64,000 nucleotides of DNA from Planctomycetota bacterium (GTDB lineage Bacteria > Planctomycetota > UBA1135). Location of the stretch: positions 180 to 64,179 of the forward strand of contig JASMMA010000014.1 of NCBI GenBank assembly GCA_030748415.1. The letters run 5' to 3'. Position 1 is the first letter of the stretch. Every line of letters begins with the position of its first letter. This document shows positions 39,353 through 48,667 of the stretch, piece by piece. The notes beneath the pieces are model-generated. The model was not told the origin of the DNA. It made no database searches and was given only the letters and a program-made list of their open reading frames with translations. A program made the position numbers and the translations under genes.

Positions 39353-40033
39353 ATGGTTCGCGTAGGAGTTTGTCTGTCCGGTTGTGGCGTTTACGATGGC
39401 GCTGAAATCCATGAGTCTGTTCTGACTCTTTTGTCACTTGCCAAAGCTGGCGCTGATGTTGTTTGCTTTGCTCCAGATAAAGAACAATTGCATGTTGTTC
39501 ACCACATTTCTTGTGAGCCAGTTGAGAATGAAAACCGAAACATCCTCCAAGAATCTGCCCGAATTGCTCGTGGCGACATTCAGCCGGCAAAGGAGCTTAA
39601 TTCGAAGGATTGGGATGCCCTCATTTTTCCTGGTGGTTTTGGCGCTGCGAAAAATTTAAGCGACTTTGCTCTTAGGGGTGCTGATTGTGAAGTGGATGAA
39701 GTTATTTCTCGCTTGATTCAGGAAACTCACGCAGAGGGAAAGCCTTGCGGATTTATTTGCATTGCTCCAGCCATCTGCGCTGCAGTTTTTAGGGAAACGA
39801 GTGTTTGTCCTGAACTTACGATTGGCTCAGATGAAGGGACTGCCGAAGCTCTGGAAGCTATGGGGGCCAAACACATCATTTGTCCTGTTAATGACATTCA
39901 CATTGACGAAACAAACAATATTTTGAGCACACCTGCGTACATGCTTGCTGAAAACATAGCCCAAGTGGCAGAGGGCATTGAGAAGTTGGTCAAAACTCTA
40001 GTTGAAAGGGCCTCCTCTCAGACTGCAGCCTAG
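39353..40033 (+). CDS. elbB: ElbB glyoxalase (DJ-1/PfpI family)
   Basis: LSGCGVYDGAEIHE, ESARIARG, PGGFGAAKNL, CIAP, STPAYM. Confidence 0.95.
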   Translation: MVRVGVCLSGCGVYDGAEIHESVLTLLSLAKAGADVVCFAPDKEQLHVVHHISCEPVENENRNILQESARIARGDIQPAKELNSKDWDALIFPGGFGAAKNLSDFALRGADCEVDEVISRLIQETHAEGKPCGFICIAPAICAAVFRETSVCPELTIGSDEGTAEALEAMGAKHIICPVNDIHIDETNNILSTPAYMLAENIAQVAEGIEKLVKTLVERASSQTAA

Positions 40034-40039
40034 AAACCT

Positions 40040-41548
40040 ATGTTCCTTACATCACTTTTATTCGCGGTACTCCCGCCTCAGTTTGCCGGTTTTGAAGAGC
40101 AAGACGCCCTTTCATATGAGATTGATTTGTCTTTTGATTATGAGGAAACATTCGTAGAAGCAGATGTAAATATGCGCTTCCAGCTTCAATCTTCCAGCGA
40201 CCGAATTTGGCTCCACTCCACTGAAGGAAAAAAGTGGTCCATGGAATTTTTTAATGCGAAGAATCAAAAATTGGAGACTCTCCGCAATGGTCAACTTTTA
40301 GAGGTTCTCCTCGGCGGTGAATTACCCAAGGGTTCTATCGTTGAGTTGCGAGTTCATTTATCAGGCACCCCTCCTGATGGCCTATATTTTGAAGAGGGGC
40401 GACATGGGGAGCCCGTTCTCTTTACCGACCACTTTTCTTCCCGAGCGCGTGGCTGGCTTCCATGTGAAGACCATCCCTCTGACCGGGCTTCATTTTCCGT
40501 TCATGTCAATGTGCCAAAAGGTTGGGAGTTCATTTCCAGTGGATTGGATGAAGATGGCGATGGGGTTTGGAAAACAAAAACAGACCTTCCGACCTATATG
40601 CTTGCTTTTGCGGCTGCGCCTTGGGCGCGGATTGAGGAAAAAGGGGACCCCCGCCTGATTCCCCACTTTATTTACAAAAAAGATAAACCACGGGCGCGCC
40701 TTGGGCTAAAGCATCACGCCGAATGGATGCAATCTATGGAATCTACCTTTGGTCCTTACTCATGGGAGAAGTATTGCGTAGTTCAAGTTCCAACTCGATG
40801 GGGTGGGATGGAGAACGCTGGGAATACTTGGATCATGGAACGGCTATTTGATGGTCGTGACCGTGGAGTTGGCACGCTTGCCCATGAATTTGTTCACATG
40901 TGGTTTGGGAATGCCGCCGGTTATGGCGAATGGTACGAGGCCTGGTTGAGCGAAGGCTTTGCAACTTATTTTGGGCCTTGGCTTCACGCTCAAGTGGGCG
41001 GTCCGCCTCTGCGCCGTTCTATGGAGGGTTCGCGCCGCCGCTGGCGAAGCTCAAGTTGTTCCGATATTCGGCCTATTCGATGGAAGGAATTTGAGGCACC
41101 GGACGACTTTTTTAGTTCTTCTGCTCCAAACACTTACCAGAAGGCCGCATGGGTCCTCCATATGCTCCGAGGGGAGTTAGGAGATGGTGCCTTCTTTGAA
41201 GGCATTTCAAACTACTACGCATCGATTTCTCCAGGGATTGCCACAACTCCACAGTTTATTGAAGCAATGGAGGCGTCAAGCGGGAGAAAATTGGGCTGGT
41301 TCTTCGAGCAATGGCTCGACCGTCCGGGTTGTCCCCAACTTTCAATTCGGTGGGAAGGAGAATCTGTTTTTGTTGAACAGCTCCAAGAGGATTTGTTTCG
41401 CTTTCGGCTCCCTCTTCAATGGACAAATGGCGAAGGCAAACGCCAGAAACAAGTATTCGAGGTTCGCCAACGGACGCACAAGTTCTCTCTTGGCAGTAAA
41501 GTGTCCGCTCCGGCTGTGGATCCCGATGTAGAACTTTTATATCGTTAG
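40040..41548 (+). CDS. M1 family aminopeptidase (exported)
   Basis: GGMEN, HEFVHMW..WLSEGFATY, YQKAAWVLHML. Confidence 0.93.
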   Translation: MFLTSLLFAVLPPQFAGFEEQDALSYEIDLSFDYEETFVEADVNMRFQLQSSSDRIWLHSTEGKKWSMEFFNAKNQKLETLRNGQLLEVLLGGELPKGSIVELRVHLSGTPPDGLYFEEGRHGEPVLFTDHFSSRARGWLPCEDHPSDRASFSVHVNVPKGWEFISSGLDEDGDGVWKTKTDLPTYMLAFAAAPWARIEEKGDPRLIPHFIYKKDKPRARLGLKHHAEWMQSMESTFGPYSWEKYCVVQVPTRWGGMENAGNTWIMERLFDGRDRGVGTLAHEFVHMWFGNAAGYGEWYEAWLSEGFATYFGPWLHAQVGGPPLRRSMEGSRRRWRSSSCSDIRPIRWKEFEAPDDFFSSSAPNTYQKAAWVLHMLRGELGDGAFFEGISNYYASISPGIATTPQFIEAMEASSGRKLGWFFEQWLDRPGCPQLSIRWEGESVFVEQLQEDLFRFRLPLQWTNGEGKRQKQVFEVRQRTHKFSLGSKVSAPAVDPDVELLYR

Positions 41549-43476
41549 TCTTCCTCTTCGTCACCATCAAGGTAACCAAGAGAAGAAAGTGCGGCAGCTA
41601 CATCACCGGACAACTCAGTTTTTCGGGAAGATTGAACACGGTCCTCAACGGTTTTGATTCGGTATTCTTCCAGCAATGATTTGAGTCGAATTGCTGTTTT
41701 ACTGTTAGTGTCGAGTGGGTTTTTCTCGAGAGGATCTTGCGCTAAATCGTAAAACAGCCAAGTTGAATCTTGATCTTTTTCAGAGCTCACGCGAATTATT
41801 TTGTGGTCCCCGAGTCGAAGGGCTTGCATGGGATGAGCCCCCTTCGGGCGTTCAAAGAAAACAGGAAAAGGGTCGAGAGACGAGCCGCTTGTCAGGAGTG
41901 GGGTGAGGGAGCGGCCATGAATGGGGAAAGTCAGCGGGTCACCTGTCCACTCGGAAATCGTTGGGAGCACATCTACAAGCTGAACTGGGGTCTCTTGTCG
42001 TTGAGCAAGAATATTGGGGCCCCGAATAATAAGTGGGACGCGAATCATTTCCTGGAATAGAGAATGCCCATGCTTCCATTGTTCATGGTCATAAAATTCT
42101 TCTCCGTGGTCAGCAGTGATGATTAAAAAATCTTCCGGGCCCAAAATTCCGCGTTCTTCGAGGGTGGATATGAGGTTTCCAACCTCAGAATCGCAGTAAC
42201 GGATTTCAGCATCATAGTGCGCCAATAAGTCGGTTAGGCCAGCTTCAGGTGGCGCAGGAAAAATGGAGCCTTCAAGGGGCCGCGGTGGGGAGTCCATCTC
42301 GGAGCCAAAATCAATTCCACCCATCACTTCATGGATTCCAGGCACGCCTTCGGGCTGCCAACCAGTTGGAGCGTCGTAGGGGTCGTGAGGGTCAATGTAT
42401 TGAACATAAAGGAATGTTGGAGTGTTGTCTTTTTGGTCGTCCAACCAACCCATTACCTGCCCATTCAACTTCTTTGCTTCAGAACTTCGCGTTTTATCAC
42501 CACCTTTTTCCGAGCCACCTTGGAGTTTGGCGGCTAACTTTGGAGCGGTTGCTACGAGGCCATGAATGAAATCTCGGCGCAAGTTGTTGAGAGCGCAGTA
42601 ATTTCGCAAAGAGTAAGAAACATCCGTCCAGAAAAAATCGAATCCTCGGTTAAAGCCAAAGTTAGGAGAAACCTGAGCGTTTGCAGAGAAGGCAGCAGTC
42701 CGATAGCCCCGGTTTTGAAGCAGGGTTGCAATGGTTTCGAGGCCATCCGGCATCCGGTCATACATGGTGACTGTGTCATGGCTCGTTGGATAAAGGCCGG
42801 TCATCAAAGAGGCAACCGATGGTCGAGTCCAAGGCGCTTGAGCATAAGTGTTCTCAAATAAAGTTCCTTGCTCAGCTATTCCATCAAGGACAGGGCTAAT
42901 TGGAGAAAGTGTTCCGGGTTGAGAGTAGCCGTAGCAGGAAAGATGGTCGGCGCGCAAGGTGTCAATAAGAAGTACAACAACATTTGGTGCATCTTCGGAG
43001 GCCGTTTGTTTGGAACTTGTTTCGCCTGTTGTTTGGTCAGGAGCGAAAAGAACCATTGCAACGGCAAGGAAGCCAGCGAGAACACCTGAACGAACTTCGA
43101 TTCTCTTCGGTAGTTTTCGAAGAAGATAAACCAAAATAACCGAGGTGCCCGCAGCGGCAATCCAAGCAGGCAATCCGGTCTCCATGAAGCCGCTTCCTTT
43201 GCCTAGCCAGTGTGAGCCAAGGAAAAGGAAACCGAGGCCCAAGGAAAGGGAAAAAGCTCCGCGAAGGCCAATCTTGGAAATCAACAAGCGGAAAAGCGCG
43301 ACAAAAGCACCAATGACCACCCCGTAGTTGATTCCGAGCTTGAGGGCTTCCTTAAAAGGGCTGGCAAAGCGAAGGCCATGAATGTGAAGGACAAGTCCAC
43401 CCTCGGCAAAGCCCAGGAGGATGCCAACAAAGAGACCAACAAGAAGGCCCAAGAGTGCTCGGCGGATGGATGCCAT
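41545..43476 (-). CDS. Membrane-anchored sulfatase-fold protein, Thr-type
   Basis: About 5 TM helices; LIDTLRAD, WTRPSVASLMTG, YIDPHDPY, ADHGE, C-terminal LGY. Confidence 0.87.
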   Translation of the reverse strand: MASIRRALLGLLVGLFVGILLGFAEGGLVLHIHGLRFASPFKEALKLGINYGVVIGAFVALFRLLISKIGLRGAFSLSLGLGFLFLGSHWLGKGSGFMETGLPAWIAAAGTSVILVYLLRKLPKRIEVRSGVLAGFLAVAMVLFAPDQTTGETSSKQTASEDAPNVVVLLIDTLRADHLSCYGYSQPGTLSPISPVLDGIAEQGTLFENTYAQAPWTRPSVASLMTGLYPTSHDTVTMYDRMPDGLETIATLLQNRGYRTAAFSANAQVSPNFGFNRGFDFFWTDVSYSLRNYCALNNLRRDFIHGLVATAPKLAAKLQGGSEKGGDKTRSSEAKKLNGQVMGWLDDQKDNTPTFLYVQYIDPHDPYDAPTGWQPEGVPGIHEVMGGIDFGSEMDSPPRPLEGSIFPAPPEAGLTDLLAHYDAEIRYCDSEVGNLISTLEERGILGPEDFLIITADHGEEFYDHEQWKHGHSLFQEMIRVPLIIRGPNILAQRQETPVQLVDVLPTISEWTGDPLTFPIHGRSLTPLLTSGSSLDPFPVFFERPKGAHPMQALRLGDHKIIRVSSEKDQDSTWLFYDLAQDPLEKNPLDTNSKTAIRLKSLLEEYRIKTVEDRVQSSRKTELSGDVAAALSSLGYLDGDEEED

Positions 43477-43493
43477 TAGGGGATTCTAAACAA

Positions 43494-45410
43494 TTAGGCG
43501 AGCCGAGATTGAACCAAGTTTTCGAGCCCCCCGGCAATAATGAGTTCTTGTGCGGTTGGACCCAAAGCGGAGAAGGGGAAGAAATGTTCCGCCAGGTGAA
43601 TGGTACCCGTTTTGAAGTCCAGCTTGGCCCGTAGAGATGTCCGGATGGTTGGAGCAGAGTCTAGGCCTTGTTTCCGAAGCCATTCGACTATTTTGGGGCA
43701 ATCGACTAGGACAATCCCATTATTGAAAGCATTTCGCTTGTAAGTTGCCGAAAAGGAGCCCGCAATCACCAAGGGGATTCCTCGAAATTGAATCGCCGTG
43801 GCGGCTTGTTCCCGGCTGGAACCGGTTCCAAAATTGAACCCGCTCACCAGTAGGTCGCCTTCCTGGGCAAGTTGTTGAAACTTCGGATCATAATTCTCCA
43901 TCGCGACGGCAGCCATTTCCTCAGGGCTCATGTCTTCGCGGTAAGTGTATTTTCCTGGGTAAATTCCGTCCGTGTTGAGGTTGTCTGCATCACAGAAGAG
44001 GAGTTCACCTTCAATGGAGGTAGGAAAGCCCTCAAGGATGGGCGTTTCAGTTGCTTCCGGGTTGGGTTGAGGCGGAATCGAGAGTTGGCGATCAGGGCCG
44101 GAGCCTTGGAGATTATCCGGTGCACAAATATGTCCAGCGATTGCGCTTGCGGCAACCACAGCAGGGGATGCGAGATAGGCTTCCGAGTCTTTGGAACCCA
44201 TTCGACCTTTGAAGTTACGGTTCGTTGCAGAAATACCAACCTCACCATCTTCAAGAAGGCCCTCGCCCATCCCAATGCACGGGCCGCAACCGGCAGGGAG
44301 CACCTTCGCGCCAGCCGCCAACAAAGTAGCCCAATCACCTCGTGATTCGGATTCGCGCTGCACTTCAGTCGAGGCGGGTGCAAGGTAGAAGCCAACCTCG
44401 TCAGCCACGGACTTGCCTTTCAGAACATCAGCGGCCTCAGCTAAATCTTCTACCCGCGCGTTGGTGCAAGATAAAAGGTATGCCTTGTTGATTTTGCGTT
44501 TTTGGGTTTCGACATCCGAGACCTTCTCCATAACTTTGACGGTATGGGGGCCACATATGCATGGAACAACGCTATCAAGGTCCAACTCAATGACCTGGGC
44601 ATATTGGGCGTCTTCGTCCGCTTGAAGGGGAGACTTTTCAAGCTCATCAATAGCGGAGGATTTCAGAGCGGGATGAGTTCCCTCGCGCTCTCGATACCAC
44701 GCAACCGTTTTTTCATCACAGGGAAAAATGCCCGTCAAAGCGCCCCATTCCGTGGTCATGTTTGCAATCGTAAGCCGCGAAGCAATATTCAAATTGGAAA
44801 CTCCCGACCCTTCGAAAACAAGAGCGTGATTCAGGACCTCATCCTGGTTGTAAAGGCCGCAAAGGGAAACAATGACATCTTTACCACTGACTCCTTTTCG
44901 GAGTTTTCCTCGAAGAACTACCTTTGTCACAGGGGGGATTTGCCACCAAGTTTCACCGGTTGCCCATAAAGCGGCTGCGTCGGTGCGGACGACGGGCGTT
45001 CCGAGAGCGCCAATGCCCCCGTAAACATTTGAGTGAGAGTCGGAGGCGACCACCAAGGTACCAGGCCAAGCGTAGCCCTCTTCAATCATGATTTGGTGTC
45101 CAATGCCACGGCCCGCAGGATGAAAATCAACCCCCATTTTTTGGCCAAATGCCTCGATGTTTGAATACTTTTTCAGGTTATTTTCAGAAGTATCTTGAAC
45201 ATTGTGGTCCAGCGTGAAAACGGGTTGTGCAGGATTATTGACTTCCGTTGCACCCAAGCCCTTAAATTTCAACATCACAGCGGCAGTGTTGTCATGGGTC
45301 ATGACATGCCGTGGACGAACGGTTACAAAGTCACCAGTTTTAACGATTTGCCCATTTGGTAATCCAACAGCAAAGCGTTGGACAATCTTCTCCACTAGGT
45401 TTTGTGCCAT
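43494..45410 (-). CDS. lysF: Homoaconitase, single-chain fungal LysF/Lys4 type
   Basis: QNLVEKIVQ, MTHDN, ASDSHSN, TGETWWQIP, SCTN, CGPCIG, NRNFKGRMG; fused swivel domain NTDGIYPGKYTY, GSSREQA. Confidence 0.85.
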   Translation of the reverse strand: MAQNLVEKIVQRFAVGLPNGQIVKTGDFVTVRPRHVMTHDNTAAVMLKFKGLGATEVNNPAQPVFTLDHNVQDTSENNLKKYSNIEAFGQKMGVDFHPAGRGIGHQIMIEEGYAWPGTLVVASDSHSNVYGGIGALGTPVVRTDAAALWATGETWWQIPPVTKVVLRGKLRKGVSGKDVIVSLCGLYNQDEVLNHALVFEGSGVSNLNIASRLTIANMTTEWGALTGIFPCDEKTVAWYREREGTHPALKSSAIDELEKSPLQADEDAQYAQVIELDLDSVVPCICGPHTVKVMEKVSDVETQKRKINKAYLLSCTNARVEDLAEAADVLKGKSVADEVGFYLAPASTEVQRESESRGDWATLLAAGAKVLPAGCGPCIGMGEGLLEDGEVGISATNRNFKGRMGSKDSEAYLASPAVVAASAIAGHICAPDNLQGSGPDRQLSIPPQPNPEATETPILEGFPTSIEGELLFCDADNLNTDGIYPGKYTYREDMSPEEMAAVAMENYDPKFQQLAQEGDLLVSGFNFGTGSSREQAATAIQFRGIPLVIAGSFSATYKRNAFNNGIVLVDCPKIVEWLRKQGLDSAPTIRTSLRAKLDFKTGTIHLAEHFFPFSALGPTAQELIIAGGLENLVQSRLA

Positions 45411-45434
45411 CCGGAAAGGATATCCGCGCCGCCC

Positions 45435-47036
45435 CTAACCTTTAGGGGGAAGCCATTTTTTAGGGGCGATATGAGTGCGGAAGTTTTCTGGAGTTTCACC
45501 GGATTTTGAGGAGATACGGCATGAGAAAGGAGTATTTCCATATTCCTCATCCACTAAAATTAATAAGAAGTGGGGGCCGGGTGAAAGTTGAAAATTCGCA
45601 ACCAACTCCTCAGCGATGGGGGCCGTAATGCGCTGGTCGAAGGCAATTTGTTCGCCATCCAGCCAAACGCTCCAGCCATCTTCCAAGGCCAGCCATAGAC
45701 TGAGCTCCAAATCAGGGGATTCCAAGGGAGCATCGAATATTAAATTTGTGGAGAGTGCCCAAAGTAAGTTGTCCACTCCGCGGCCGGTAACCTCTTCGAG
45801 GTTTACGCCCACGGCGGCGGGCAAGCGAATGTGTTCCCATTTCTTCCTGGCCACCTTAGCCCTGGAGTTTTTCAATTTTTGGGGTTTGAATGGTGGACTG
45901 GCTAACAACTCGTTCCCTTGCTTGGCCTGCCAAGGACCTGCAATCATCCAATCACGAACAAAGGGCACACCTTCCTTAAGAAGTGGCGTTGGTTCATCCG
46001 GTTGCATTTCCTTATCAAGAGCGGAATAAATAGTTGCGAGTTCAGGGTCTTGAGTGAGGGTAGCCCGACGCAAGAAAAGGAGAGCAAAGCATGTGCTCTC
46101 AAGGCTTCGAGTGCCGCCGGTATTCCACCAACCTGAGCGGCGTTGTTCTTTGATTAACCAAGCTGCGCCCTCCTGATACCAATCATGGTCACCAATTAGC
46201 TCCAGCTTGGCAAAGCCAGCATAGCGTTCAATTGCCCAGAGATGGGGGTATTGCCAACTGGGGGTCCATGAACGAACGCCTACTGCGTTTCGGTCAGGAG
46301 CAAAGTGCTCCGCGAGCCAAGATTTCGCCTGGGCCCATTCCCTCTTCTTTTTCTTTAGAATCTTGCGCATTCGGCCTGATTTGGCCCCCAAGTCAGCAAG
46401 GATTTCTAGTGAACCCAACATCGCTGCGGTCATTCCCTGAGAAGGCTGGTGGTGAAGTTCATATTTGAAACCACCCGTTTCTTTGTCTTGAAATCGCCAA
46501 ATCCCTTCAGCGGCTTTTGTGAGGGTTTCTTCTGGGATAGTGAGGCCCATTTCATGGGCGGCTCGAAATCCCAATATTGCAAAGGCTGCATTACTGGTGT
46601 CTAGATGGCTCCATGGATAAGCCCACATGCCCTGGGTTTGGGTTTGAACAAGAAAGTTGAGGTCCTGTTGGGCAGTTTCGAGGAGCTTGGCGTTTGGGCG
46701 AAGAGTTGAGAGCATCAACAAGCGAGTTGATGCGGAATAAACACTTCTTATTTCTACCCCAAGAATGTAGGGGAGGGCTTTTTGAATCACAGGGTCCTTG
46801 GGGTTCACCCCTGATTTGAGGAGCGTGTAAACCACAAGCGATGCCATTCCTCCGGGGTGTTCTTGGGAGTATTGGTCCCAATTCCCATTGCTGGCCTGTT
46901 CATTGCTCAGCCATTCCACTCCGCGGCCAATCGCGTGGTTGACCCGGACCCCCAATGTGACTTCTTCTACTTGGGAAGAAACTTCTGGTTCCTGCAACAG
47001 GGCAACTGCGAGGAGGGCAAGTGGGAAGGCGGACAC
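45435..47036 (-). CDS. Exported prenyltransferase/squalene-cyclase-like (alpha/alpha barrel) repeat protein with C-terminal beta-sandwich
   Basis: AIGRGVEWL.NEQ..NGNW, DTSNAAFAILG, DWYQEGA.WL, STCFALLFLRRAT; WMIAGPW domain. Confidence 0.7.
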   Translation of the reverse strand: MSAFPLALLAVALLQEPEVSSQVEEVTLGVRVNHAIGRGVEWLSNEQASNGNWDQYSQEHPGGMASLVVYTLLKSGVNPKDPVIQKALPYILGVEIRSVYSASTRLLMLSTLRPNAKLLETAQQDLNFLVQTQTQGMWAYPWSHLDTSNAAFAILGFRAAHEMGLTIPEETLTKAAEGIWRFQDKETGGFKYELHHQPSQGMTAAMLGSLEILADLGAKSGRMRKILKKKKREWAQAKSWLAEHFAPDRNAVGVRSWTPSWQYPHLWAIERYAGFAKLELIGDHDWYQEGAAWLIKEQRRSGWWNTGGTRSLESTCFALLFLRRATLTQDPELATIYSALDKEMQPDEPTPLLKEGVPFVRDWMIAGPWQAKQGNELLASPPFKPQKLKNSRAKVARKKWEHIRLPAAVGVNLEEVTGRGVDNLLWALSTNLIFDAPLESPDLELSLWLALEDGWSVWLDGEQIAFDQRITAPIAEELVANFQLSPGPHFLLILVDEEYGNTPFSCRISSKSGETPENFRTHIAPKKWLPPKG

Positions 47037-47090
47037 TCGGAAACTCTAAACGGAGCGGGGGGGATGTGCGTAAACTCTCCCGTAATAGGC

Positions 47091-48665
47091 ATGTTGACCG
47101 CCCTCCTTCTCTCTGCACTCCCCATTTTCCCCGCACAATCTCTTGAATACGGAGATTTGCTTCTCGAATACAAAGATTTGACCCAGCTGGCTGCCATGCC
47201 AGTTGAAGGGGTTCATTTTCGACAGTTTTCCTCTTACGACCGCCAATCAGAGGCCGGGCCCGGGGATTCTGAAGCCTGGTTCGCCAACCAGGATCGGGGT
47301 AATTACCTGAGAAAAGAAGAGCTCAACGGTGAGCCGCTGTTTGTGATGGCTGAGCATATGGGGCCCGGCGTGATTCGCCGCATTTGGTCTGCTAATCCTT
47401 CCGGTGACATTTTGTTTTTTGTAAACGGTTCACAAGAACCCGCCCTTCGAGTTCCGATGCTGTCCCTTTTTGATGGGAGCCACGATGCTTTCCAATCTCC
47501 TTTGGCAACGATTCAAGCCAAGGGTCATACATCTTGGGTTCCTCTCCCTTTTGCTAAAAGCCTGAAGGTATGTACGACCGAGTCGGATCTTTACTACCAC
47601 ATCGGGGTGCGCACTTATCCTAGCGATTTTAAGTTGCCTTCTCTTTCGGACAAACTTCTCTCCGACAACCAAAGTGAGTTGGATTTTGTTAACAACCTCC
47701 TTGCGAGCAGGGAATTTGTATCTCATCCGAGAAGGAGGACGGAGCAGGTCGGTCGTTATCGCCCCAACATGCAACAATCTCTTTGGATTAATGGTCGGGG
47801 AACCGTCCATTTTCTGCGGGTTGTTCTTATGAATCAAGACAAGCTTGCAGATATTGATTCCATACTTAGAAATATGCGAGTTGAGATTCTTGCAGATCGG
47901 AGCAAGGTCCCACAAGTGAACATGCCATTTTCGGAGTTCTTTGGTGCTGGCCCAGGACTTCAGCCTCATTTGGGCTACTTAACTCGAATCAAAGAGGAAA
48001 AGGATGGATCTGCTGAATTCCACTGCTTTCTCCCAATGCCATTCGAAAACGGCATCCGTTTAAATATTTTCAATGAAAGCCGAAGCAAAATCTATATTAA
48101 GACTCAGCTTTATTTTGATACTGAACCGCCTAAGCCCCTTCGACTTCATGCGGGCTGGCATTCCGAGCTGGATGTTTCAACCAGGCCCCATCAAGATTGG
48201 AGTGTCCTTGACGCGGAAGGTCCCGGACGCTTGGTAGGAACCCAACTTTCGATTCGGAACTTGACCCGGACATGGTGGGGAGAAGGCGACGAAAAGATTT
48301 ATGTTGATGGCGAAACTCACCCATCAATTTTTGGAACTGGAACCGAGGATTTCTTTGGTTATGCCTGGTGCTGTCCCGACACTTTCACTCATCCTCTTTT
48401 TGCACAAACTCGATGTGATGGTCCAGACAACTATGGGTGGACAAGCCTAAATCGATTCATGATTGGCGATTCGATTCCATTTATGGAACGCATTCGGTTT
48501 GACCTAGAACTTTGGCATTGGGAAGACCTGAAGGTTGATCTTGCCACGAGTGTTTGGTGGTACGCCCCTCTCGAGGGGACCCATCGTCTTCCACCGATTC
48601 CTGACCCAGATGCCCGCGACCCACGCATGGTTCCTGAAGCCCCTCCAAAGAAGACCCAAAACTAA
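47091..48665 (+). CDS. DUF2961 / glycoside hydrolase family 172-like protein
   Basis: QFSSYDR, GPGVIRRIW, PMPF, WWGEGDEKIYVDGE, GTGTEDFFG; signal peptide. Confidence 0.85.
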   Translation: MLTALLLSALPIFPAQSLEYGDLLLEYKDLTQLAAMPVEGVHFRQFSSYDRQSEAGPGDSEAWFANQDRGNYLRKEELNGEPLFVMAEHMGPGVIRRIWSANPSGDILFFVNGSQEPALRVPMLSLFDGSHDAFQSPLATIQAKGHTSWVPLPFAKSLKVCTTESDLYYHIGVRTYPSDFKLPSLSDKLLSDNQSELDFVNNLLASREFVSHPRRRTEQVGRYRPNMQQSLWINGRGTVHFLRVVLMNQDKLADIDSILRNMRVEILADRSKVPQVNMPFSEFFGAGPGLQPHLGYLTRIKEEKDGSAEFHCFLPMPFENGIRLNIFNESRSKIYIKTQLYFDTEPPKPLRLHAGWHSELDVSTRPHQDWSVLDAEGPGRLVGTQLSIRNLTRTWWGEGDEKIYVDGETHPSIFGTGTEDFFGYAWCCPDTFTHPLFAQTRCDGPDNYGWTSLNRFMIGDSIPFMERIRFDLELWHWEDLKVDLATSVWWYAPLEGTHRLPPIPDPDARDPRMVPEAPPKKTQN

Positions 48666-48667
48666 GC

